Shown here: positions 1-10,471 of the stretch, one piece after another
How positions within the stretch are numbered: the first letter of the stretch is position 1
Layout of the letters: every line of letters starts with the position of its first letter
DNA from: Selaginella moellendorffii
Taxonomy: Eukaryota > Plantae > Lycopodiophyta
Length of the DNA: 28,838 nt
Direction of reading: 5' to 3'
Assembly (NCBI RefSeq): GCF_000143415.4
Contig: NW_003314497.1
Span: 1 to 28,838 of the forward strand
Translations under genes and position numbers: made by a program
The notes under the pieces: model-generated
What the model was told of the DNA's origin: nothing
What the model saw: only the letters and a program-made list of their open reading frames with translations
Databases searched by the model: none

Positions 1-161
1 AAGTGGTATCCAAAAGCCGGAACGACGGCATGTCAGCTCAGGTAGCATCTCTTGTTTGTCAGCATGCTAACTCTGGACGGTGAGAGCTAGAAGGAGTGAT
101 GTTTGACCCATCAAATGTCTGTCGACGCTTCATACGGGCTGTTCTCATGTCCCCAAGTGGC

Positions 162-2544
162 TCATAACTTGATATTCATAGGAGTTCCAGCAACAACTTC
201 CTCCACCATCTTGGACATTGACCCTGCTGCTGGTGTTGTCCTTCTACCAACCCGCTCTTGAAGCCTGTCTAAGTTCGGACCTGTACCAGCAAACCTTGCT
301 TCCTGTGCAGCCAAAGCTTTTGATGATTGCTCAAGAGATCTAGTGAGGTCGGAGAGTGTAGCTTCATAGAGGGACACTTTTCCCTTCCCTACTTCGGAAG
401 CTCTCCAACTCCAATGTTTGCTCTCAGAGAGATTAATTGTTGGTGTAAGTGCAATATCATCAAGTGGTTGATCCTACAAAAAATGCAACATTTGAATGTG
501 ACAAGAAAGAAAATGAGAGAAAGCTTACATGGAGAGTATAATGACCCCACTGAAACATTCGAACTTCCCACCATGCAAGCCAGCATTCCATTTGTGGAAG
601 GTTTTCAATTGGCACTTTGTCTCCTTCACGCCACCATATGCGCATTTCATTTGCCTTTGCCTCGTGCTCCTCTTTAGTTGGTGCATCCATCCATTTCCGA
701 CAAAGCTGCTTGAACTCGTGATGGAAGGTAGACTTGATGCATCGGCAATGTTCATTGACGCTCTTTGCCCAATGAAACTCACAACTCTTCTCTCTACCTT
801 GTAATGGCTGACTTTTATCACCTCCGAATACTTGTCGTACAGCCAACCAGTTAGCACCAGCTGCATCTGCCATGAAACCACGGAAGTTGGGTTTCTTCCC
901 GGTTCGCTGTTCAACAACCTCGGACATACATGTCCAAAAGATGGTTTGTGCTTGAAAATCTTGAACTTTGAATTCGGCTATAGCTATAGTCAAATTGCAC
1001 TGCAACCTATAAAAGGAATGGTTATAATGTAAATTGGTATAGATCCTTAAAAAATGAAAAGCCACTTACTTGTGATCATAAACATGAGCTCCCATTGTTG
1101 ACCAGCCTGAAACTCGTTCCATATGGTCAAAATGGATCCAGGAATTAGCTAAATCCCCATCTCCATCCATATCCATTCGTTGTACAAGGTCCACACCAGA
1201 AGCAGGACCAAGGGTAGACATCTTAAAGATGAAAGGGCGTTGATTGTTCGAAGTCACTTGGCCAACGAATAAGCTCCCATGAATAAATTCATAGGGACAT
1301 TTTCTCTTTAGCTCCAAAATCCCATCCAATCCAGATTGAAGCTTTCCATCTCGCCCTTCTCGCATCCAGTTCTTTATTCTACAAAAAAAAAGAGTGTTAT
1401 TAGTGATAAAGTAGAGTTAAGTGTTAATTTTATACCTGTTTAAATTTGTCATAGGTTCTATATTTCGAAGTAGGTCCTTCAAGCTATTCTCCGTGAACTC
1501 TTTTTGGCTATCAGATTGTAACAACATGTCCACCACATAGTCCTTTAGTATAGACTGTTGAACACACTTTGGAGTTGCTGCACTTTTCTTCCTAGCCTCT
1601 GTAGTAACAGCAGTCTTCAAATTGCGAAAAGAATCACGGCGGATTCCTTCCTCAATTGCGTGTTGGTGGTATCCAATATGCACTGCTGCTCTGCCTAAAC
1701 ATCCATCCCGTGGAAGAAAATAATACATTTTCGCATCGCAACATGCTTGACACACAGGTGTTGCCCCGCATTTGCGACATCTAAATCCTGTAGCAACTTC
1801 ATCACGCCTAGGGGGATTGATTGCTGAGCCTTCAAAGAAACACATATTCTTGCCATGATCAGAAATGCATTTCTCAGCGACACACTGAAGCTGTCCACCG
1901 CAATGGACTATGGACACAGATCCATCGAAATGAGAGAAGTGGGTCGTCTTTACTCTGCACCAATTATGTGGATCAAGACGTGTTTCCATACCCCTTTTCC
2001 TGCTTGACGAACTTGCTGGTGGAAACTCGAAGAATATATTCCCATTATAGGAAGAAGGAAGCTCCTCACCTCTCATGTACTGGAACTCCTTCAATTCCAA
2101 CCGTAATGATCGAGATTGCCGAAATGCCTTATCCACCACTTCAAAAACTGGTCCAGAAGGAACACACCTACTTGTCTGGGAAGCTATGTCAGGAAGCTCA
2201 TCTTCTTCATTTTCGTCACTGGAGAGAATAATAACTTCATCCTTCACTCTTTGCACAGTTGGCTGTGAAACTGATGCGCTCTCCTCTCCTCGCTTCGGAG
2301 ATCCTGTAACTAGAATCTCTTGACCTGTACATCTATCAAGATCCCATTGAATCCCATTCTCTCCCACACCACTGTCGAGAAGAATGGATTTTTCTATCTG
2401 ATTACCCTTATCACGACATACATTCTCCAAACTAACTGATCCTGGCTTCAGCTTGAATCTTCTGCAGAGGAAGGTCTCTCCTATAACACTCCTAGAGAAA
2501 ACAATTGGAGGCTCTTGATCGAACTTCAAATAGAATTCTCTCAT
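162..2544 (-). CDS. MULE/Mutator-family DDE transposase with N-terminal WRKY/GCM1-like zinc finger; 4 exons (2544-1436, 1378-1070, 1006-529, 473-162), ~735 aa; 3' end possibly disrupted
   Basis: Three GT-AG introns (1435-1379, 57 bp; 1069-1007, 63 bp; 528-474, 55 bp) join the track ORFs in frame. Motifs: HCGGQLQC..C...CRKC...C....HIGYHQH (zinc finger), WIHFDH (candidate D1), FMADAAGANWLAVRQVF (D2), CEFHW (CxxH), TINLSESKH (E). The start ATG at 2544 is uncertain because an upstream exon is possible. Confidence 0.8.
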
Positions 2545-2918
2545 ATCTTCTCCTTGCTCGAGCACTTAGAAAAAATTTTGGGGAGAAACTGACAAGAAAG
2601 AACAAAGATATTCTTCTGTATTGTGAGCATTAATTAGCTATGTCCTTGCAAAGGACAAGTTAATTATTTTAACAAAATATACAACCGTTTAGAATCTAGA
2701 GAGATATGAGAATCTTAAAGAGCCGCCCATATTAATTGTATAATTGATTGTGAGAGGAATAATAATGTTGAAATGAATGTGGTTATGAGTGAGAAGCGCC
2801 AATCAATCACAAAAGTTGTAGCATTGATTTTTTGTTCTCCCTCTCATCTCCATGCTCTCTTCCCTTCAAGAGAGTTTCATTCTTTTGTGACAAATGAGAG
2901 AGACTCAAGCTCGAAAAG

Positions 2919-3540
2919 GTTGGTTCGCGCGCGGTTTTTTCGCGAGAGAAAGGTGCTTCAATCAAGCAATGTGCTTCAAGACGCTCCTCAAACAAGGTAT
3001 GCTTCCTTGAGAAGGTCGGTTTGCGCGCGAACCGACGTCTCCTCACTTTCTTTCTTCCATTAGAAGTTTCTATTTTCTCAACTTTTGTTTTCTCTTGAGG
3101 GATAGAGATGTCGGTTCTTGTGCGAACCGACATCTCCTAGCATTCTATTTCATTTTCTATTTAGCTTTTTGCCCATCTCTACCTCGTTTTTTTTTTTTTT
3201 TCCTTGTTGAAGGGGTGGGAAAGATCGGTTCGCGCGCGAACCGACGTCTCCCCACCTTTATTTTTTCTAGAAGCGAGCTTTCTTGATTTTTTTCATGTTT
3301 CTAGTGGTGAGATTTCTATATTTTAGAAAACAGAGAGAGATTGAAATGTCGGTTCTTGTGCGAACCGACATCTTCAAGGTTTTTTTTTTTATTTCATTGA
3401 CTTGATGGGGCATTTCATGTGAAAATTAGAGGGTGGAAGATGTCGGTTCTTGCGCGAACCGACCTCTCCCGTATTCTTGTTGTGTTTTTCCTTTTTCTTG
3501 AGAGGTAGGGTGAGGTCAGTTCTCGCGCGAACCAACCTCT
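2919..3540. repeat. Array of dispersed palindromes, core GTCGGTTC-N6-GAACCGAC, in the intergenic region between divergent genes
   Basis: 22-bp cores start at 3015, 3110, 3224, 3348, 3442 and 3515, plus a half site at 2919. The copy at 3105-3136 has perfect 13-bp arms (GAGATGTCGGTTC/GAACCGACATCTC). Copies are separated by T-rich spacers. Confidence 0.93.
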
Positions 3541-3685
3541 CCCAGTGACTTATGTTTTTTTCCTTTGCATTTCTTGTAGTTTACAATCTATTTTTCACAT
3601 CTTTTACTTACAAACTTTTCTTGTGAGAGCAGATATAAATCAAACTTGACTGCTTGAAACTTCCAAAAAGGGACTTGAACTTCAA

Positions 3686-6600
3686 ATGCCACAGGTTTGC
3701 TTTACATTACAAGTTAGATGTTTTAATAGTTTTGCTTTTTATTTTAGAGGAAGCGCCGAGGCCAACCTCAATGGTCTCGATCTCCAGGAAAAGGCAGCCG
3801 CCTTGATCGCTGTGGGCTTGGCCGATTGAGTGGAGATTCATCTCAAGTATCTAATGAAGTTTCGGCTAGTCATGCTGGAGGCAACGATGAGTATAACAAT
3901 GACGTGGATGTTGAGATGAACACTCAAATCGATGTTGGTGTTATTGAGGCTGTTGGTACTGGTGTTCCTGAGGCTACGGGTACTGGTGGTGGGGTACTTG
4001 CATCTGATGTTGGCGGTGGTGGGGGTGCTATGCCTTCGGTTGCTGAGGCTGCTCGCGGCCAGGTCAATGAACCAGCTGAGGACGTTATTGGTAGCGTTGT
4101 AGGTGGATCTACTACAGAGGCTACTGGGGGCATGGTAGCTGCTCCTACTGCTCCTCAGGCTGGTGGTGCAGGGGGAGCTAATGGTGGTGAGGGATTATGC
4201 ATGCATGATTCTGACACCATCTTGAATGATCGTGTTCGGGACACAATTATCCAAGCTCAAGAACGGACAGTCAGTAAAGTGTTACAGGAAATGGCGTGGA
4301 ATGGCCCTCATCGATTTCTAGTTCCTTTGTGCCGATTGGTTCAAAGCCATTGGGTGCGCTCAGCTTACGACCTCAACATGGCTATCTACAGCTCCTTTGC
4401 CGAGGTCGGGTTTGGGAGCACAGCTGGTACCTTCATCGTTTCACCAACTTTCCCTGGAACCGGCCGGACAGAGTCAGTGACTACTGAACTTGAGGAAAAA
4501 TGGGATCCTATATGGCTGCGAAAGTCTCGTGAGTTTGATGGATTCTTAGGACAACATGTGGAGACAGCAGGGTTCATTGGAAAGCTCTTTTGGGTGATCG
4601 ATGGAAACCATAGGTGGCTGGCATTTTGGAAGTGCATTCAAGAGAAGTTCCGAGATGACGAAGAACGACACATTAGTGTTCCAGTCACACTTGTCGAACC
4701 AATGACTCGGGAGCACACTGTGAAGCTCAACATGGCATGCCATAAGATCAACATGTAAGAATTTATTTTTTGTAAACTTAGCTAATATCGTGTTTTTGCA
4801 GGCTAAACCAATTTGCGTTTCAAGCTCATACATTGGTACATGACATTGAGCACCTTCGGTTTATGGGCATGCTCTCGCTAGAGGAGGTCCAAACGTTGTA
4901 CAATCGTGAGGTATTTGAAGCAATTCGAGTGAAGCTAGGAGCTAGGAAAGGCCAAGAATTGCAGACTTGGTACCAACTGCCACTTGATTTTCTAGTTGCT
5001 GTCTGGGCGAAGGTAAATTATTATTGAAGTATGTATCAACTTACATAATGTTTCTTGCAGCCCATAATCAAAGGAGAAAGAGCGTCATTCTTTAAAAATG
5101 CTCGAGGGGACGAGCAGCAGAAGGAGATGGAGTGGCATGCGATTGAGCAGCGAATTTTGAATACGAAGAGAACAAAGGTGAAAAAGTTGCTCTCGATTGC
5201 AGACATACGACGCGGGCAGGAATGGCTTGATAGCATTGCCGAGATTTGTTCTCGCGTTCGTAAGTTCTTATAAAATTTGTGAAACATTTCATAACTCTTT
5301 GTGTGTGTAGGAACTGGTAAAGCACCGGAGGAACTCATTTACAACATCTCTAAGAGTAAAATGTCCTTTGCTGAACAAAGTGTCTGCTTGGAACTTCTCA
5401 ACACTTGGCTGCGAAATAACGAAAAACGCTGCGAGATAAGGATGGAGAAGGTGATGAAGGAGAAGGCGTACATTTCTCAGAGTATTGCCGCTGGTGAGGA
5501 GATGCTACAAGTCTGGGATGAGAAGTTTCTTTCCAGCACCCGCACAGGTATCACTCTCGAAGAATATATTCGTGCTTGTCTTGCGGAGCTAGGGAATGGT
5601 TGGCTTCCACGTGGTGGGACGAGTTCGGCTGAGTTCAAGAACCAACCAGGACAACCATTTCTTGCGAGGCGCATGGTTTACAGGTATTTTTTCAATTCTC
5701 ATTTATATATTGGTATTTATATTTTTGTTTTACTTTGTAGATATTTAAAATATAGCCCCGGCGCACCGGTATACACAACCGGTGTTTTGCAGAAGCTCCT
5801 GACTAGAGGCAAGAAGCTTGGGATGTATGAGCCAGAGTTCTACTGTCCTTGTACACATGAGAGGGAGCTATGCCCGTGGTACCTTGAACTCGTGGAGCAG
5901 ATGCCAACATCGGACTTCGAGCTAGATCTCTACCTTGAATGTCATCCAGGTTCACTTGAAACTCAGCACTTAGCTAGGAAATATTAACCTTGAGTTATAT
6001 TCTTATTTTCCAGAGGCTCTTTCTGACTGTGATAACGACATTGTTGAAGTTCAACAACTAAACCTAGAAGTCAGCACTCAGGAAACCATGCCAAATCCAA
6101 ATACTGTTGAACCAGAGGAAATTGTACAGGAAATTCCAGCACAAGAGATTCCAGTACCTGCTCCTCGCAACCCCCGAAGGGGCCGTCATGAAACCTTTCA
6201 TGAGAGTAAGGACTTTGATTTGGAACATTCTTTTATTCATTCTTGACTTCACTTTTTTTTTTATAGATGTTGCAGAGAGCAGCCATCAGTCTTTTCGGCG
6301 GACTAAGACATTCTTCCCATCCCTCCCTACGGCTACAGATGACGACCTAGAAGAGCTCTCCTCTGCAGCGATGCATAAACAGGTTAGTAAGCATGAATTT
6401 TATCTTCAACTTTTAGTTCTAATAATTGATTTTCAGGTTCGCCCTCTATCCCCAACGGCCAGTGTTGGGGAAGTTGCTATTCTCATTGGGGATTACACAC
6501 AGCTTTTAGATGCTACTAGTCGGGAGCTCTACATGCTTGATCGGTGGATCCATGGTTTGGGTCAGCTCACACCTTATGGGAAGATCGATTTCATCTTTTT

Positions 6601-7535
6601 TGATCTTCCCGATGGGATGGCACCACCACAGGGGGATACTCCGTCATGGAATGTGTTGCAGGCCCAACACATTTCCCAAGCCTTAAAGGTTGCGAGCAGC
6701 TTCATGACATACGAGGGTGTGGTTGTCATGATCCTTCCTCGCTCTCTAATGTGGGAAGGCCTTCTCGCACACTTGGCTGACAACGATGATGGATTTGTTG
6801 AGTTTTCATCTGGCTGCCTTCTTTCGAGTATGGCGGTGGACACAAAAGGCACTAGCAGGCAGACGCGAAAGGTGTGTGACTTCTTTATCTATAAATTAAC
6901 TCTATTCTATTTTTTTTTTCCAGATTTATTCCTGGAACTACCATGCTCTATGCCACATTGGGAACCGGCGTAATGCCACACGAGCTGACGAGCGTGCTGC
7001 TCTTGCTTTACCAGGATATGACAGCTCTACAGACATCATCCCAAATGTGATTGACTCGGACGTTCTTCACCCAGCGTTCCCTGGTTATCGACATCGTTCG
7101 GTCACGGCCATGCAAATCTTGTTGGAGTTATTTTGTCCGCCAAAGGGGATTGTGCTTGATGCTACAGCAGGATTTGGATCAATGGTGCAGGCAGCAAAAG
7201 AGACAGGCCGAGCGGTTTTTGCACTTGAGAAGGAGGGTGCCTTTGAGGACATTCTTAGGAGATTTTGCGACAGGTGATGTTAGTGCTTGAAATAATCTAT
7301 AATATTTATTCTCAAATGTTTCTATTTTATTAGGTCTACACTTATCACACACAGTGTTTCAGTCCACACGCTTGATCTTGATGATATGGATGATCATATG
7401 GACCAAAGTCAATTCCACTTACCTATTTATGCTGAGCGTATGGCACAACATTACATACAACACGAGCCTATAGTGAAGGAGCATTCCACTATACCCATTT
7501 CTACTTTTCTGGATATGGAAGCAGAAGAAGATTGA
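3686..7535 (+). CDS. ParB/Srx-like domain plus beta-class N6A/N4C DNA methyltransferase-like fusion protein, ~1100 aa, 11 exons (3686-3694, 3748-4754, 4802-5012, 5061-5259, 5311-5683, 5741-5949, 6014-6205, 6267-6382, 6437-6871, 6924-7273, 7334-7535)
   Basis: Ten GT-AG introns of 47-64 bp give a continuous 3303-nt frame from ATG 3686 to TGA 7533-7535. Motifs: FWVIDGNHRWLAF (ParB/Srx DGxHR-xxA); KIDFIFFDLPDG (position of motif IV DPPY); LLELFCPPKGIVLDATAGFGSMVQAAKETGRAVFALEKE (motifs X-I-II, compare VLDPFAGSGT...GR..IGIE). Exon 1 and the two in-frame introns (5684-5740, 6383-6436) are the least certain parts. Confidence 0.8.
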
Positions 7536-7735
7536 ATATATTCTGATTTTAATATAAATTATATTGTTTAATATATTATTTTCTTTTTTTGTAGACTAAA
7601 AGATTAGTTCATGTCGAACCAATAATCTACATGAGCTTATGGAATACCTTAAACACCTAGATTTTATGTTAAAAATTCTTGGTTCAGGACGAACTAAGGT
7701 AGTGCCATTAAACTTTCGCTAGTTAGGGGATTGTA

Positions 7736-7771
7736 TTGACTTCCGTTGACTTTCGTTGACTTTCATTGACT
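7736..7771 (+). repeat. Four tandem TTGACT boxes at exact 10-bp period (W-box-like), putative subterminal repeats of the MULE
   Basis: TTGACTTCCG TTGACTTTCG TTGACTTTCA TTGACT starting at 7736, 7746, 7756 and 7766. Confidence 0.85.
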
Positions 7772-7781
7772 TGAGCTCAGC

Positions 7782-8498
7782 TCAAAAACTACCCAGCCCC
7801 GTGATTGCTTGATGTGATAACCTGTCCGCCCAAAAGTTTTCTTCACGAGGGACACTTGGAAACGTCACTTGAGAGAACTCATCCTTCACGTTGACCGCCT
7901 GCTGCCATAGCTCTTTCAGGTTCTCTTTGCGGACTTGGTATTCTCCAATAAGTTGGCATATGATGAGTTGCACATCTCCAACGAAAGTGACTCGCCTAAA
8001 CTTGAGATCTGTGGCCAACTTCATGGCACTGATAGCCGCCAAGTACTCTGCTTCATTAGCTAATGTTGCTAGCAAAGTGATAGAGAGGTTGGCTACTTTG
8101 TTCTCCTCAGAATCAATCATCCAAACTCCAATGCCGGCAACCTGGTTTTTGGGGCAGAAAGCACCGTCAAAATAAGCCATAATCATAGGAGTGTCCTCTT
8201 CTTCAAATAAAGATGCTAGAGACACCACATCTGGCAAGACTGTCTCTGGCAAGTTTGGCAAGAACATTGCTGTTGGATCCAGAGTCTTTGCCTGTTGTTC
8301 TCTTTGCTTCTGATGCTCTGAGCGCTCAATGTCCAATGCAAGGACTGTAGCCAAGTACTCTACAAGTGAAGGAAGATCCTTCACCGAAGTCCAGTCCAAG
8401 TCTGGTGCTAAAGTTTCAGTGTAATACACTTGGACCTGTACCAGGAGTTCCACGGTAGGAAATTCTGAACTCAAAGAGCTATAACTCACATGTAGCAC
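7782..8498 (-). pseudogene. Archaeal-type RNase HI domain (aRH / RVT_3-like) of retroelement D
   Basis: AYFDGAF...AGIG, NEAEYLA, FVGDVQLIICQLIGEYQVRKENL, VPREENFWADRLS give the D-E-D-D RNase HI signature. Confidence 0.88.
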
Positions 8499-9099
8499 AT
8501 CCGATTGGCTTGATTCTTTCTGCCAGGTCTGTGTCTAGATGTCATCTTCCATCTCCAAGAAACGGCATGACAGAATACGCTCAGAGTTGTCAGCTACTAT
8601 GATTTTAGTAGGAAGATGCTAGTTGTGCCACACCTCAAATAATTGCTGAGGAGGATTGAGTTCGGCTGTATCCTGCGAAAGATGGACCTGGTCTGGAGTG
8701 ACTGTGTCATCAAACTCTATAAGAGAGAGTTGGTCCCATGCAAGAAACAAATCAAGGAGCCCTTCCTCTATCGAGAAACACTCCGAAAAGCTAGATATGG
8801 GAGCCCGTACTCTATAAGCCTTGCCATTAAATAAAGAGGGCCTGACTAGAGGTTCGGCCTTACTCTCAAATAAAGAGAGTGAAGCTGAGAGATGTCTCAG
8901 GCTATCTGACTCACCTCCAACCATATCAACCACATTGCATGTGAAAGCATCTGTCATATAGATGGTCGACTCCACCACCAACCTAGGAAAAACCTTTGTG
9001 AGCTCGGGAGGGAAGTGTGGTGTGGAGCCATCTTAGTCTAAGCTTGCTGGGCTTGCTAAGAAAGAGCTCTACTGTGGTTGTTGAGAAAGGTGGCACTAT

Positions 9100-9460
9100 G
9101 GGTTCCATCACTAATTTCCATTTTGCCTTTTGTGCTGTCAATGGTGCAATGGCCTGTGACTTGCCATGAGTAGCCAAGGATGATAGAGTCCTTCAAAGAG
9201 GACATTCCAAGACGTTGGTAATCAACCACGAGGAAATCCACCTTAGAAATAACACCTTGTAGAGAGACCTTGACACCACAGCAAATGCCTACCGGAGGAA
9301 TAGTGTGGTTGGCGAAGGTCTTGAGCACAATGGAGGAGATCTCAGTGATCTATAGCTGTGCTAAAAGGGCAGCTTCGAGAGAGATAATGTTGCTTCCAGA
9401 ACCAGAGTCAACCAAAGCATGATGAAGTGCCAATTTGCACCGGGACAAAGAACGGACCAG
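9100..9460 (-). pseudogene. Retropepsin-like aspartic protease remnant of element D
   Basis: The minus strand reads ALVDSGSGSNIIS..., then a stop, then VLKTFANHTIPPVGIC...VDFLVVD...IILGYSW. Contains a frameshift and a stop. Coordinates approximate. Confidence 0.75.
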
Positions 9461-10471
9461 AATCTCCACCATATTTTATCATGTCGACAATGTGCACTTC
9501 TTGAGGAGTCCTTTTGAGAGTGCTCTCTAGTGTCTCTAACCATGCAAACTCCTTTAAACGCTGGCCGAATCCCGGGACAAGACACAATATGTCTTGGAGC
9601 GAAAAAGTGATGGGAGTGTCAACCAGTTGTTGAAGAATCGGCTCCAGAACAGGAATAGCTGTTGGTGAGATCTGAGGAGGAGAAGAGAGTAGTGACTTGA
9701 AGGGGAGATTACAAGCCACCCTCTATGTCACTTGATCTGGTGCCGACAAAGATTCACTCTCAACCGACGCTAGGCTGAGCGGCTGCCTTCTTCTTCACTT
9801 GGGCTTGAGTGGTTGTGGTTTGCTACTGTTGCCTATAGAGTTCCTCGGCTACCAAAATCGTGTTGACCGATGAGGCTGGTGCCTTGCTTTTTCTTGACGA
9901 AGGGGCTGCATCAATTGCTTATCGCTCCAACTGCTCCTGATATGTCTCTGGACCCCAAGACCCCTTGAAGATTGCTTCGTTCCCAAGGAACCCCCAACCA
10001 AGCCAAAAGAGAAAAATGAGTCCTCTAGTCTCGATCCTTCTCCATTCTGACTGTTGGCGGGCTCGTTGGAAAGGGCTCAACCCTATCTACCCTTTATCGT
10101 AGGAATTTGGGAAGAAGCCGCCTCAATACTCCTCGAAATCCAAGAAGAGGTAACTCGGAACGCCAATATTGTGGAAAAACATGTGTATGTCACTGATGTA
10201 GATTGATACTAAGGCGCTGTTGGTATTTTCGGAAAGCCTAGGACCAAGAGCGCCTCTAGAAACAAACGGCATCCAAAACAAAGCCTAAAGGAGCACAAAT
10301 TCCTACAAAGATGGCCCAATCTAGCCAAAGAAAAAATTCCTTTTGCATGCCGCCAATTCGCCTAAATCTAGTGCCAAGAATCACCACTACTCATAGATCT
10401 AAGCCAGATCTACAAACCCAAATGCACTACCTTGAGAAATTAGGTTGAGGATCTAGGCGAATTGTTGCTCA

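Larger units (their letters stand above)
1..7778. mobile_element. Putative Mutator-like (MULE) DNA transposon, left end outside the window; carries a transposase and a divergent ParB-methyltransferase cargo gene
   Basis: MULE-type transposase at 162-2544(-). Sequence switches abruptly to retrotransposon RNase H coding DNA at ~7779. The putative terminus reads GAGCTCAAGTCAATGAAAGTCAACGAAAGTCAAC on the minus strand, with subterminal 10-bp repeats. The left TIR and TSD are not visible, so the boundary is inferred. Confidence 0.6.
7779..10471 (-). mobile_element. Element D: degenerate Tat-like Ty3/Gypsy remnant (protease followed by archaeal-type RNase H), cut by the MULE on the left and by element A on the right
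   Basis: Protease remnant ~9460-9100 and RNase HI-like ORF 8498-7782 on the same strand, with many stops and frameshifts. A possible LTR end plus PBS (..CCACA ATAT TGGCGTTCCGAG on the minus strand) at ~10154-10171 is weak. Confidence 0.6.

Noticed and set aside
327-2323. Plus-strand ORFs overlapping the transposase
   Set aside because: Antisense shadow frames without motifs.
2919-3540. CRISPR array
   Set aside because: Repeats are palindromic, but spacers are ~50-100 bp, uneven and low-complexity, there are no cas genes and the context is intron-containing eukaryotic DNA.
3826-7290. Several separate small genes or a bacterial operon/contaminant (ParB ORF, MTase ORF)
   Set aside because: The ORFs join in frame through canonical GT-AG introns into one gene.
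7782-8498. Host RNase H1 gene
   Set aside because: Intronless, no clear start, and colinear with a decayed retropepsin; better explained as a retroelement domain.
10154-10171. Firm PBS/LTR call for element D
   Set aside because: TGGCGTTCCGAG after ..CA is suggestive, but I cannot assign a tRNA and there is no partner LTR in view.
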